The position numbers and the translations under genes are program-made. Positions 1 through 9,854 of a stretch of 38,390 bases of DNA are shown one piece after another (position 1 is the stretch's first letter; each line of letters begins with the position of its first letter). The notes under the pieces are model-generated. The model was not told where the DNA came from, did not search any database, and saw only the letters and a list, made by a program, of their open reading frames with translations. The stretch comes from a virus. The DNA lies in IMG/VR virus record IMGVR_UViG_3300027797_000003; one strand, written 5' to 3'.

Positions 1-127
1 CTATCAACAGCATCATCTGTTAATCCCCGCAGAAAGTCATTAATCATACCATTAGCAACATTGTCACTATTATCAATAGAGTACTCTGCTGCAATTTGTT
101 GGAAGTTATTTTGTAACCAACCAAAGA
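1..127. repeat. Exact 127-bp duplicate of 38264-38390 (circular-closure overlap or terminal redundancy)
   Basis: Direct comparison: bases 1-127 (ctatcaacagcatcatctg...gtaaccaaccaaaga) are identical to the last 127 bases of the window. Unique length is 38263 bp. Confidence 0.95.
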
Positions 128-2945
128 AACTTTCAATCTCAAAACTAGTAAGGTCGGCACCTTGTTCAACAGCGTCATCAACCATTCTGGTAAAATCTAA
201 GAAGCCTTCAAGTAAGTCAGCCTTGGCTGGACTTACGATACGCAAAGTTTCTGAAACCTCACCAGTGTTAAATACTTCGTCAACAACACTACCCCAAGTT
301 GGGTCCTCAATACCGACTTCACGAAACACTTTTGCTACAGTATCCGAAACGGTTTCTGGCGAAACAACTTGTTGCATCATTTCCGCATTACGGAAATCAA
401 CCAACTCCTCTTCAGGAATAGCATGACCCATCAAACTATCTGGAACACGACTGAAAGTACCAAACTCATCATCAACAGGCTTAGTGGTCCACACCTGAAA
501 AGGTGCCTCAACATCTGTAGCATCAGGAACAGAACCCCAAATTACACCATCATTAGCGTAACTAGCACTTTCACGGACATCGCTGAGAACACGAACACCT
601 TCAAGTTCAATATCAACCTTATCCAATTCGGCAACAATACGGTTACGACTAACATCAAACTCTGCTCCAGCAGGCATCTCATCCAAGGTTGCCCGCAACT
701 GCTTCTGTTTAGTCAACAATCGTGCTTGCTCTCTGGGTTTTGACTTGCCACCATTACGCATACGATTAATACGCTCAGCAAACCATTCAAGATTCTTGTT
801 ATCTAACGCTTCAGCACCAGAATCAACACCACCCAAACGAACATATTCTTTACGGAAATCCTGCAACAAAGCATAACGGTCATAAGTATTGTTCGTTATA
901 GCATCACGCAACCCTTCAGCGTAACGCAAATACCCACCCCAAATATCATCAAACTCACCCTTAGCATCCTGAGAAACACGAATACTTTTAAGACGAGCAG
1001 ATTCAATAACATCCCAAACCTGATTTAACTCTGTTAAAATAGAATCAATTTCTGCATCACGCAACTGACGACCAACATAACGACCCTCAAGAACATCATC
1101 CAAAATGTTAGCAAACTCATCCGCACCCTTGGCAACACCCTCTCTCGTCCTTGCCAAACCTATATGCGCCCGCAATCTTTTTTGTGTATTAACCAAAGTG
1201 GAACGAATACTAATCAACTCATCAACCAAAGCGGGGTCTTTAACAATTTCTTTAATTACCAAAGGTTTAATAGCATCAGGACCGTAACCCATAGCACGGT
1301 CAACATAAGCAATACGGCTCTTAGCCCGTGCAATACTTTCAGCATAACCTTGCGCAATATTGCCCAAGTCATCTTCAAACCATTTGAAACCAAGTTCCTC
1401 ATTGGAAATTTTATTTAAACCATCAATAGTAGCATCGTCAACCTTGCGACCAAGAAACTCTGCTTGCTCAACAATGTTTCCTGCATCATCATAAATAGGT
1501 GCACGCAACTTACGGAACATTAAAGTTCCATTAGGTTCCAACAAATCTTTTTCAGTCAAATTAGTTGCACGATAACCAGACTTAGTTACACCACCCTCAC
1601 CTAAAGTCCAAGCCTTAGCCTCAGGAGTAATCTTGTGAAACAAGTGATTCTCCAAATAACCCATTTTACTAACTTCTAAACCATATGCGTCACCAAGGTT
1701 GCGTTGAAGTTCAACAACTTCATTACGCAACTTATCTGCCCAAGCCTTATAATCAGCATAAACTTGTTTAGCCGCATCACCAAGACCATCATCCGAACCA
1801 CGCTCTATAGCCTTATAAACCTGTCCAACAGTCTCATCCGTCAACCCAGCAGCCCGAGCGTTCTCCATAGTTTGAGCAATGTCACCAATAGCAATTCTAA
1901 GAGAAGTAGTAAAAGTTCCCTTAGCCCAATCACTAGCAGACATCTCCATCAAACCCTGAACAAACTCGGGCTTATAAATGTTTTGTGTCGCCTTGCGACC
2001 AAAACCCTTCAAAGTTAAATCCTTCAAAGACTCAACAGTGGTTTTTTGCAACAACGCTTTACCAGCAACCGTGCTACCAACAACATCGCCAAGACCAGCA
2101 CGGACAGGAGCAACAGTATATCTCCATGCCTTAGCAAGACCACTGGAATAAGGTATTTGTTTACCCATATACTTTACACCAGAAACAATACCTTCAGCCT
2201 CACGAATATTTTTTGGTATAACAGAAGCACCATAACGAGCAATATTGGACAACAAAGGTTTTAACTCAGGATACTTTGTTGACAACAATGCAGCCTTATT
2301 AGCCAAAGCAAACCGTGTAGCCTTAGATGCAGCACTAGCACCCAAAGTCAAATATGTTGTAGGGTCAAACACTGTATCCAAAGCAAAATTGGTTATACCC
2401 AAAACAAACTTGTTTTGCACCCCAGAAGCCTCGGCGGCACTGAACCCTTTTGTCCGTGCTTGTTTAACAAAGTCATCTAAACTTGGACCTTCACCCCTCA
2501 TGGTGTCAGCAAGTTCTTTTACAAGACTTTGACCTACCTGCTGGAATGGTGAAACAACAGTATCATACACTTCAAAGGCTGCTTTACCAGCAGCCAAAGG
2601 TATAGAGGAAATTCCTTTAAGCAAACTACCAATAGGACCTTTATCGGACACAGATGCATTACCGCCTGACGCAATGGTCATTGCGGCAGCACGAGCCTTA
2701 GCGGATTCAGCAAAACTTAACTTAGGGTTTTGAGAAAGACCCATAACAACTTGTTTTGTTTTTTGTTCTAAAACATTTTTTTCTTCAGAAAAAGTAGTCT
2801 TAGGTTTCCCACCCTTGGTATTGACGGACAATGGCACAAGTGTTCCATCTCCTTTAACATATACAGGGTTTCCATCAGAATCAAATCCATACCCTGATGC
2901 TTTTGGAACAGATTTTTTTGAAAAAGGTGAACGCTCTACAGCCAC
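1..2945 (-). CDS. N-terminal ~981 codons of a ~1730-aa ORF that wraps across the window junction and ends at 36016; giant internal virion/ejection protein candidate (T7 gp16-like position)
   Basis: Absent from the ORF track because it runs off the left edge. A hand scan of the minus-strand frame (codon low positions divisible by 3) found no tta/cta/tca triplet from 2954 down to 1. The frame matches 36016..38310 through the overlap (ATG at 47 = ATG at 38310). Probable GTG start at 2945 overlaps the upstream TAG (TAGTGGCT, the same junction as at 9854). N-terminus reads VAVERSPFSKKSVPKASGYGFDSDGNPVYVKGDGTLVPLSVNTKGGKPKTTFSEEKNVLEQK. Confidence 0.8.
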   Translation of the reverse strand, partial: MAVERSPFSKKSVPKASGYGFDSDGNPVYVKGDGTLVPLSVNTKGGKPKTTFSEEKNVLEQKTKQVVMGLSQNPKLSFAESAKARAAAMTIASGGNASVSDKGPIGSLLKGISSIPLAAGKAAFEVYDTVVSPFQQVGQSLVKELADTMRGEGPSLDDFVKQARTKGFSAAEASGVQNKFVLGITNFALDTVFDPTTYLTLGASAASKATRFALANKAALLSTKYPELKPLLSNIARYGASVIPKNIREAEGIVSGVKYMGKQIPYSSGLAKAWRYTVAPVRAGLGDVVGSTVAGKALLQKTTVESLKDLTLKGFGRKATQNIYKPEFVQGLMEMSASDWAKGTFTTSLRIAIGDIAQTMENARAAGLTDETVGQVYKAIERGSDDGLGDAAKQVYADYKAWADKLRNEVVELQRNLGDAYGLEVSKMGYLENHLFHKITPEAKAWTLGEGGVTKSGYRATNLTEKDLLEPNGTLMFRKLRAPIYDDAGNIVEQAEFLGRKVDDATIDGLNKISNEELGFKWFEDDLGNIAQGYAESIARAKSRIAYVDRAMGYGPDAIKPLVIKEIVKDPALVDELISIRSTLVNTQKRLRAHIGLARTREGVAKGADEFANILDDVLEGRYVGRQLRDAEIDSILTELNQVWDVIESARLKSIRVSQDAKGEFDDIWGGYLRYAEGLRDAITNNTYDRYALLQDFRKEYVRLGGVDSGAEALDNKNLEWFAERINRMRNGGKSKPREQARLLTKQKQLRATLDEMPAGAEFDVSRNRIVAELDKVDIELEGVRVLSDVRESASYANDGVIWGSVPDATDVEAPFQVWTTKPVDDEFGTFSRVPDSLMGHAIPEEELVDFRNAEMMQQVVSPETVSDTVAKVFREVGIEDPTWGSVVDEVFNTGEVSETLRIVSPAKADLLEGFLDFTRMVDDAVEQGADLTSFEIESFFGWLQNNFQQIAAEYSIDNSDNVANGMINDFLRGLTDDAVD

Positions 2946-4342
2946 TATCTGCGCCTAATTGGAAATTTTGGTTGAGTTGTTTTCTTTGGAGGAACTACAG
3001 GGGGTTCTTCAACAGGTGGTTTGGTAACTGGCGGTTTAACAACTGGTTTAGGTTTAACAGCAGGTGCAACTGGAGCAACAGGAGTTACAGGAGCAACAAC
3101 TGGTGCCTTGCCTTCATCCACTTTAGTGTTAGCAGCCATCTCATCAGCCTTAGAAATAATATCGTTAATCACACTATCAACATCCGACATTGCACCAGTA
3201 CGCTCTTTGCCCAATGCTGCCAACTGCTCGGCAAACTGTGTATTAATACCAGATTGAACTTCAGCCCTACGACCACCCAACTGTTGCAACGCAGCCATAG
3301 TACCCATCTGTGCAGCGTTTTGCTGTGCAGAACCATAATTCATTTGACCAGTGTTTAATTGGGCTAATGCATATTTTTCCAAATCAGAAGTTTGTTGACC
3401 AGTTTGTCTAGCCAAATCTGTAGCAGCCTGAACCTCACCAGTGCCAGCACCCTGAGAACGCAAAGCAGCCAACAACGGATTATCCGCAACACTATAAGTG
3501 CTAATAGGAACACCCTCGTATGCTGTGCTACCTTTAAAGTTTTTGGTGTACTGCTCTTGAGCGGTACCAACTTGTTTCTCTGCTAAGTCAAAAGCAGCAC
3601 TAGCATTTTTTAGAACTTCAGCAAGTTGGTCTTTGGTAGCCTGTTGTTGTGGGTCGTACAATTCTGCTACACGCTTTAACATATCTGTTTTGCGAGTCTT
3701 AGCCTGACCACGCAAATATGTTTCGGCAGCCTTACCACCTTCAATTTTTCCTAGTCTGTCTGCTTCTTCTTTTGCTAACTTTGCAGCATCCTGACCTTTT
3801 TCATATTTAAATTTATCTCGTGCCAAAGTATCTGCATAACTAGGACCAGATTTATTTCCCGAAGTACCTTTAACAACAAGGTCATAACGCTTTTGAGCGT
3901 TCTCAATAGGTGTTGTTCTAGATGTCCACCAACTACTAGGAGGTTGTTCACCATATATTTGTTGGTATGCTTGAGCCTCATCATAAACTGATTGCCACAT
4001 GCCATCAATTTCATCTTGAGGAGTCATAGGAACATCTTCTGGTGGTGGGGCATCAGCAGATGGGTCACGACCAATCCACACACGACCAGTATCTTCAGAT
4101 GGTTTAGGCAAAGACACTTCACCATAACTACCTTTTCCAACACCATAAGGATTTGAACTAGTAGCAGTTACCTTCTCATACTGTTTTCGTGCAGCAACTT
4201 CCTGCTTACCAGTACCATACAACACTTGTTGCAAAGACAAACCAGAAGCAGAAGCAATGCGCCTCAAATCAGAATCACCCTTTTGGGATTCTGATATAGG
4301 TTCCCACTTATTGGTGGTAGGATTTAATTTAAACGATGCCAT
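2945..4342 (-). CDS. Internal virion protein candidate (gp15-like position), 465 aa
   Basis: Long ORF in the late arm directly upstream of the giant ORF. Q/A-rich body and a Pro/Val/Lys-rich C-terminal tail (VAPVTPVAPVAPAVKPKPVVKPPVTKPP). Function inferred from position only. Confidence 0.55.
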   Translation of the reverse strand: MASFKLNPTTNKWEPISESQKGDSDLRRIASASGLSLQQVLYGTGKQEVAARKQYEKVTATSSNPYGVGKGSYGEVSLPKPSEDTGRVWIGRDPSADAPPPEDVPMTPQDEIDGMWQSVYDEAQAYQQIYGEQPPSSWWTSRTTPIENAQKRYDLVVKGTSGNKSGPSYADTLARDKFKYEKGQDAAKLAKEEADRLGKIEGGKAAETYLRGQAKTRKTDMLKRVAELYDPQQQATKDQLAEVLKNASAAFDLAEKQVGTAQEQYTKNFKGSTAYEGVPISTYSVADNPLLAALRSQGAGTGEVQAATDLARQTGQQTSDLEKYALAQLNTGQMNYGSAQQNAAQMGTMAALQQLGGRRAEVQSGINTQFAEQLAALGKERTGAMSDVDSVINDIISKADEMAANTKVDEGKAPVVAPVTPVAPVAPAVKPKPVVKPPVTKPPVEEPPVVPPKKTTQPKFPIRRR

Positions 4343-4350
4343 AATAACTC

Positions 4351-4791
4351 CTAGTAAGCCGAATACTGCTTCAAAGCAGTAGCCGCATCAATAACATTCT
4401 GTTTCTTCTGTAACGCTAACTGTGCCAAATAGTCATCTAACTCAGCCTGAGCATTAGCCTCCTGAGTAGCAGCCAAATTAGCCTCATCCTGCAACTGTTG
4501 AGTACCCTCACCTAACTGTGTTTGCATATCAGCAGCATACCTAGACAAACCTGCACGCTGAATACCAGACTTAACATTAGCACCAGCCAAACCACGCTGA
4601 CCATAAGAAGCCATCTTGGGACGAAACCCCTCAGTAAGTTGCTGTGTCAATTTAGACAGTGACCTTTGTCCACGCATCTGCCCCAAAGAAGCAGCCTGAC
4701 GGTTGGCAATAGACTGTGTTGCACGCCTTTTGCGTGCTGTAGCCTCAGCCATACCATAATCCCCGTAATATGCGTCTGTCATACTCATCAC
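4351..4791 (-). CDS. Hypothetical virion protein, 146 aa (gp14-like position)
   Basis: ORF track; Q/A/L-rich and helical-looking. Its stop TAG is fused to the downstream SD (TAGGAGTTATTATG). Confidence 0.55.
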   Translation of the reverse strand: MMSMTDAYYGDYGMAEATARKRRATQSIANRQAASLGQMRGQRSLSKLTQQLTEGFRPKMASYGQRGLAGANVKSGIQRAGLSRYAADMQTQLGEGTQQLQDEANLAATQEANAQAELDDYLAQLALQKKQNVIDAATALKQYSAY

Positions 4792-4793
4792 TA

Positions 4794-4940
4794 TTACCTG
4801 TTTTGTTCCTTCATCCTAGACTTCAAATCTTCCATTTCCCTAGCCATCTTATCCAACTCATTTTGCAACGACCTAAAGATGCTTTGCAAAGCATCTTTAT
4901 CTGTACCACTTAGCACGGACAAAAAGGGTGGTTGCCACAT
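4794..4940 (-). CDS. Small coiled-coil-like protein, 48 aa
   Basis: In-frame ATG at 4940 lies immediately after the upstream stop at 4942-4944, so the tracked 4988 start would overlap the upstream gene. Sequence MWQPPFLSVLSGTDKDALQSIFRSLQNELDKMAREMEDLKSRMKEQNR. Confidence 0.4.
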   Translation of the reverse strand: MWQPPFLSVLSGTDKDALQSIFRSLQNELDKMAREMEDLKSRMKEQNR

Positions 4941-4941
4941 A

Positions 4942-5172
4942 TTAACCGAAAATCTGTCCACCAAGAACAATATCGTTATTGTCCCCACTAGTTGTTAAAG
5001 CGGTTACGGCAGCAGCCGCTAACTTGGCATAAGTTATAGCCCCGTCATCAATGTTTGTTCCAGCGGCTAATGCTTCAGCAAAAACTTTAACATTGTTAAA
5101 GTTTTCTACAACCTCGGTTGCAACAGCAGGAGTTCCGTTTGTAAATGTATTTGGTATGGTCAATGTAGCCAT
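4942..5172 (-). CDS. Small tail-fibre-like / fibre-adaptor protein, 76 aa
   Basis: The N-terminal TIPNTFTNGTPA..VVENFNN pattern resembles conserved N-termini of many phage fibre proteins. It follows the tail tubular B-like gene. Confidence 0.45.
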   Translation of the reverse strand: MATLTIPNTFTNGTPAVATEVVENFNNVKVFAEALAAGTNIDDGAITYAKLAAAAVTALTTSGDNNDIVLGGQIFG

Positions 5173-5173
5173 G

Positions 5174-6784
5174 TTATCCCTTTACTCGTCTTGAATTATA
5201 TTTATATCCGATACTATTAATACCCCATTTTTGGCTGCTAGGACCAATGAACTCTAGTTGTACTGTCCTTGCCAATCCTAAGTTTCGTCCAGTTTTTACG
5301 ATAGAACTAACAGCACCACTGGACCAGTTTTCACCCCACAAACCAGAACCCCAAATCAACGAAGTTGTTGGGGGTGTTTGTGTAATGGTAAAAATTTTTC
5401 TTTGATTATTATTACCTTCAGTAAAGTCGTGATAAACTTTTACTGTAATGTTTTGTGCAATATCAGATTCTTTTACAACAAAGTCTGGACGGCGAAACAT
5501 TTTCTTTTGCATATAAGAACCACCATCAAACCAACGAGTTTTGTAATATGATGTGAACGCTGTAGCAGTACCAGTAATGTTATCTGTTTCCTCAGAATAC
5601 AAATCAACCTTCATCACATATGCTTGTATAGGATGAATCATTAAACGGTAATCATTATTAGATGAATCAGTCCAGTTACAACCACCAATCAAACCATAAC
5701 CATCAGAAGTCTGAAACTGTGTGTAAACACCACCACGAATACTAGGGTCCAAAACAAAATTGACACTAGGATAAGCAACACTGGTTTCTGTGGAATATGG
5801 TACAGAAATCCAAACACGCCGACCAACCCACGAAACACTAATAGATTCATGTTCGGCAGGATTAATTTGATTCAAGTCAATAGCAGTACGCAAGTTGCTA
5901 AACATGTCTTGAACAGATGAACCGTTATAATAAAACAAGCCTTGGTTATGGCTAAAGAAATATACGCCATCTTCTGACTGTGCAATAGCATGATGGCTGA
6001 GACAACCCAAACGGGTTGTCAATTCAACAACCTGAAAAGTTGCGCTATCATAACCCAAAATAGTATAAATAGCATTAGGTTTAAAAACCACCAACTGTCC
6101 AGCAACAACAGCCATACCAGTAATACCGTTACCACCACCAGTAAGTTCAAAATAGTCATCCGAATCCCAGTTTTCAGGAGAGTTTTCCAAAGACCAATAA
6201 ATACGATTAGGATATTTGGTTGCAGCAATATCAACATTAGCAGCCCACATCTTGTTAGCATGAACAATCAAATGTTCTGCTGTAGGCATCTTGCGTTGCG
6301 TGGCATCAGGTGTAGTTTGCCAGTCATGAGGATTAGTGCCAGATGCTGTCAACGCTATAGCATAAGTGTCAGTTGTTTTCCAAACATACCCACCGCTACC
6401 AGCAATACCAGTAGAAAGATACATGCTGTCACCCCACTGTGCCATACACACACCATGAGTGCTAGAGGAAACAATATCATTACCGCTAGAGTACTGTAAA
6501 GTAGTAAAGTTACCACCAGTTGAACGATATACTTTGGTGCTGTTAGCCAGCATTATAGTGGAAGTAGCACCACTAAAATTATACAATTTTTGTGGTGCCC
6601 AAGTACCAGAAACAGCAGTGGTATTCAACCGTTGTTGACCACCACGACTAAACACTCCACCTCGTGGGTCAATTTCAACATTCAACATATCAGGAGACTC
6701 ATAACTAGCCAACTGAAACTGGTCTGCACGAAAGTTTAAACCACCAGTAAAGTCCGATACTTCACTAATTTGTATCTGTGTCAT
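5174..6784 (-). CDS. Tail tubular protein B / nozzle candidate, 536 aa
   Basis: Large beta-rich (W/Y/G/S/T-rich) ORF coupled by ATGA overlap to the preceding 238-aa gene. Its position matches T7 gp12. Confidence 0.5.
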   Translation of the reverse strand: MTQIQISEVSDFTGGLNFRADQFQLASYESPDMLNVEIDPRGGVFSRGGQQRLNTTAVSGTWAPQKLYNFSGATSTIMLANSTKVYRSTGGNFTTLQYSSGNDIVSSSTHGVCMAQWGDSMYLSTGIAGSGGYVWKTTDTYAIALTASGTNPHDWQTTPDATQRKMPTAEHLIVHANKMWAANVDIAATKYPNRIYWSLENSPENWDSDDYFELTGGGNGITGMAVVAGQLVVFKPNAIYTILGYDSATFQVVELTTRLGCLSHHAIAQSEDGVYFFSHNQGLFYYNGSSVQDMFSNLRTAIDLNQINPAEHESISVSWVGRRVWISVPYSTETSVAYPSVNFVLDPSIRGGVYTQFQTSDGYGLIGGCNWTDSSNNDYRLMIHPIQAYVMKVDLYSEETDNITGTATAFTSYYKTRWFDGGSYMQKKMFRRPDFVVKESDIAQNITVKVYHDFTEGNNNQRKIFTITQTPPTTSLIWGSGLWGENWSSGAVSSIVKTGRNLGLARTVQLEFIGPSSQKWGINSIGYKYNSRRVKG

Positions 6785-7500
6785 TACTGATTTACTTTAA
6801 GATTTTTAGCCATAGTCTGCAACCAACCATTATAGGTAGGACGACCAGAAGTTTGACCTGCGTTCAAACGCAAATTAGCATGACTAGTAGGCTTACTAAT
6901 ATTAGCAGCAGCCAAAGTAACACCCTCATCAAAAGAACGCTTATATTCGCCAGCCATCAAAGTATCTTCAAGACGCTGATACACACGACTGCAAGCATAA
7001 TACACTAAAGGGAAATGCAAGTTTGCACTTGCATCAACATTGCCCTCAGAAGTAATCCAATCAATAGGTTCACGATAAGCACGGACAACAAGAGTACGCA
7101 CATTGTTTGGTTTAGGAAACAAATGAACTTTACCCTCCCAAATAGAATAAAACAATGGGTCACCACTAGTGTCATACGAACCAACATATGTTTGCTCAGC
7201 CATATCGTGACCAACCATATCTAAACGGAACCCAATATTGTTGTTATCTACAATGGAAACAACCTGACTAATAGGGTCAGCAGTAAAACTTGATATAGTG
7301 TATGCTCGTTGTTCGGCTACAGTATTGAAAGTAAAACTTTTTTCCAGAAAAGACCAACGCTTCTCAAGGTCCAAAATACGGTAATATCCGTCACGCAAAT
7401 AAACATTCAACAAAGAATCTGGCAAATCCTCAGAATCAAGGTCAGTAATACTACGAACAGTATCCCTAAGGGCGGTAGCGGTCATTTGAACATAAGCCAT
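6784..7500 (-). CDS. Tail tubular protein A / adaptor candidate, 238 aa
   Basis: ORF track; TAATG and ATGA coupling to its neighbours; gp11-like position. Confidence 0.45.
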   Translation of the reverse strand: MAYVQMTATALRDTVRSITDLDSEDLPDSLLNVYLRDGYYRILDLEKRWSFLEKSFTFNTVAEQRAYTISSFTADPISQVVSIVDNNNIGFRLDMVGHDMAEQTYVGSYDTSGDPLFYSIWEGKVHLFPKPNNVRTLVVRAYREPIDWITSEGNVDASANLHFPLVYYACSRVYQRLEDTLMAGEYKRSFDEGVTLAAANISKPTSHANLRLNAGQTSGRPTYNGWLQTMAKNLKVNQ

Positions 7501-7751
7501 TAGATACCTTCTTCAATCTTCTCGGCAACCTGAGCCAACGCTTTAGCCTGCTTTAAATGACCTGCACAGAACAGTTGTCCACGCACCTTGTTTGCACCAC
7601 ACGAATCATCGTTACCAGTACATTTGTCGCCCCGACCAATATAAGGTCCACTAGGGGCAGCAATACGGGAATTGGCTACTGCTGACAGGCTGTAGCCATC
7701 CACAGGTTTACCGTAAAGAGTATGGGCGTGAACAGTGTTGTTACTCATCAT
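7500..7751 (-). CDS. Hypothetical protein, 83 aa
   Basis: ORF track. Preceded 12 nt upstream by the TAGGGAAC junction motif. Confidence 0.6.
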   Translation of the reverse strand: MMSNNTVHAHTLYGKPVDGYSLSAVANSRIAAPSGPYIGRGDKCTGNDDSCGANKVRGQLFCAGHLKQAKALAQVAEKIEEGI

Positions 7752-7763
7752 ATAAGCCTGTAG

Positions 7764-7771
7764 GTTCCCTA
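7764..7771 (-). promoter_or_regulatory. TAGGGAAC junction octamer (copy d)
   Basis: Plus strand reads gttcccta. The TAG is the stop of 7769..8365, and the next start (7751) is 12 nt downstream. Confidence 0.5.
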
Positions 7772-8365
7772 CGGCTTAGATAGACGGCTAAGGACATTTA
7801 TATAAGCCTTTTTGGAACCAGTGTTTAAAGCAGCCTTACCAGCCTTAGCACCTTTACTTACAGGTCCCAAACCGTAAGTGGCAGCCAACCATGCAAGGTC
7901 GGCTGGTTTACCTTTACCAGATATAATGTTTTGTAGTTCAGGCAAAGCAGCCATACCACCTGCACCAGAATTAATTATTGCACCAGAATAATCGCCTTGT
8001 TTAAAACGGTCCCGTGCTTCCTGTCCAACAGTCCACGAATCACCAGTAGCCTTAAGACTACCAATAGGGTCAGATTTCAGCATGTTAACATCTTGTTTCA
8101 ACATTCCACCCAAACCAGACAAAACAGCCCACAACTTTGCGCTACCTTTATCCAACATGCCCATCTTAGGTTGTGGCTTCTGGCTGGCTTTGTAATTAGT
8201 CATTTGGTCGGTGGACAAATCTTTAGCATAGTTTTGCAAAGCCTTCATACCACTATCTTCACCATATGTAGCCAAACCACTAGGCAAAATCTGTTGAATA
8301 CTCCAAGGGTCAACAGGCTTAGGGGGTGTTGTTTGTGGCTTAGATTTCTTGAATCGTGCAGCCAT
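7769..8365 (-). CDS. Hypothetical virion protein, 198 aa
   Basis: ORF track; late-arm coding strand. Confidence 0.6.
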   Translation of the reverse strand: MAARFKKSKPQTTPPKPVDPWSIQQILPSGLATYGEDSGMKALQNYAKDLSTDQMTNYKASQKPQPKMGMLDKGSAKLWAVLSGLGGMLKQDVNMLKSDPIGSLKATGDSWTVGQEARDRFKQGDYSGAIINSGAGGMAALPELQNIISGKGKPADLAWLAATYGLGPVSKGAKAGKAALNTGSKKAYINVLSRLSKP

Positions 8366-8367
8366 AA

Positions 8368-9381
8368 CTACTTCTTTGTTGGTGGGTTGCCGTAACGCTG
8401 AACAGGCTTACTGGACTTAGGTCTTACTGTTTCCTTCTTCAATTTTGCTAGACGAGCATCTTTTTGCTTGTCGGTCAAAACTTTACGGGTACGATTCTTA
8501 TTTGCTATTGCAGCATTTTTATCTTGTGCAGCCCGCAAACGCATAGATGACTGTGTTTCCACAACAGGCTTATATGCTTTCTTTTTAGCACCAGTAGAAG
8601 AACCCATCTTTGAATCAGCCTTCTTAATTAGCCGTTCCTGCTGTTTACGCTGTTCTAAGTTAGCCAAACGGCGTTGAGTAGCCTTTTCGTCAGCAGTCAT
8701 ATAATCAGGTTTCTTACCTTCAAGACGCTTACCACGCTTTTCATAAGCCATAGCCTTACGGGCACCAGTATCAACCAACTCTTTACGGTTCATGGTACCA
8801 TACTTTTCCATAAGATACTTTAAGTTACCTTTGGCACGAGTATTAGTCCGAGAAGCACTCTTCAAAGAATCTTTAGTGATGGCAGCAATGTCGGAAACAG
8901 AAAGGTCATACCCTTCTTTTTTAGCGTAATCTTTTACTTTAGTAATTTGCCTTGTCAACGAATCTCTTCGTCCTTGCGAACCCTTGGTTAGAATACGGTC
9001 TGTTGCATCAATGACTTTGTTAAACTTTTCTGTTTCTTGACCAAAGTATGATTTAGCCTTGTCAAGTTTCATTGAGCCGCCACCCCAGCGTTCATTAACT
9101 TCAACCATTTTTTTGTCAATATATTTTGTGCGGTTAGCAGATTTGCGAGCCGCCTTTTCGGCGGGTCGTTCAGCAGCAAGTTTAGCATCATATTTAGCAC
9201 GGTCAGCAGCAGACTTAGCCCTATTGGCAGCAGACCTTTCAGCCTTAGTCATTGCTTTAGCGGGGACAGAAGCAGCCTTACGACCAACACTCTTAGTTGT
9301 TTTAGCAGTAGCCTTAGGTGCGTTAGCACTAAGGCGTTCTAATACCTTGCGAACAATGTCGTCGTAAGGACCCTTAGGCAT
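8368..9381 (-). CDS. Highly basic Lys/Ala/Arg-rich protein, 337 aa (virion-internal or DNA-binding candidate)
   Basis: K/A/R-rich composition throughout. Shares TKSVGRKA and a following MT(K/R)-E(K/R) segment with the 157-aa neighbour. Confidence 0.65.
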   Translation of the reverse strand: MPKGPYDDIVRKVLERLSANAPKATAKTTKSVGRKAASVPAKAMTKAERSAANRAKSAADRAKYDAKLAAERPAEKAARKSANRTKYIDKKMVEVNERWGGGSMKLDKAKSYFGQETEKFNKVIDATDRILTKGSQGRRDSLTRQITKVKDYAKKEGYDLSVSDIAAITKDSLKSASRTNTRAKGNLKYLMEKYGTMNRKELVDTGARKAMAYEKRGKRLEGKKPDYMTADEKATQRRLANLEQRKQQERLIKKADSKMGSSTGAKKKAYKPVVETQSSMRLRAAQDKNAAIANKNRTRKVLTDKQKDARLAKLKKETVRPKSSKPVQRYGNPPTKK

Positions 9382-9854
9382 TACTTGTTTCCCTTTTTCT
9401 TATTATACTTTTCACGCCCAGCCATACGGCGGGCTTCCATTTCATCTTGACGCTTAGCCCAAGCAGCCTGATTTTGTGCACGAGTTTCAGCCTTGCGTGC
9501 CTTAGCGGCAGCACTACTATCAGCCAAATATTTTTCACGACCAGCCCAATGCGCAGCAACATTCTTTTCACGCTTTTCCATACGAGTCATTTTGCTTGCA
9601 GCACCACTAGGCTTCTTAGGCTTAGGTGACGGCTTAGGGGCTGCTACACCACTCTTAGGTGGCTTAGGTGGCTTACGACCTGCACCACCAGTAGCGGTCT
9701 TAGCAGTAATCTTAGGTGCTTTACGACCAACAGATTTGGTTACAGAACCCATAGCGGCACGAACCTGTTTTTGTCCAACAGACATTCCCGAAGCAGCAAG
9801 TGCATCGGTGATGGCTTTTAGTAAAGCATTTTCGTCAATAGGTGGCTTAGCCAC
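9381..9854 (-). CDS. Highly basic Lys/Ala/Pro-rich protein, 157 aa
   Basis: GTG start overlapping the upstream TAG (TAGTGGCT). Contains KPPKPPKSGVAAPKPSPKPKKP; paralogous N-terminal segment to 8368..9381. Confidence 0.65.
   Translation of the reverse strand: MAKPPIDENALLKAITDALAASGMSVGQKQVRAAMGSVTKSVGRKAPKITAKTATGGAGRKPPKPPKSGVAAPKPSPKPKKPSGAASKMTRMEKREKNVAAHWAGREKYLADSSAAAKARKAETRAQNQAAWAKRQDEMEARRMAGREKYNKKKGNK

Noticed and set aside
1-127. Interpreting the 127-bp repeat as a physical T7-like direct terminal repeat.
   Set aside because: The repeat lies inside a continuous 1730-aa reading frame, and its length equals a common assembler k-mer. T7-like terminal repeats are noncoding and flank the early region. 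This is retained only as an alternative to be tested with read-start data.
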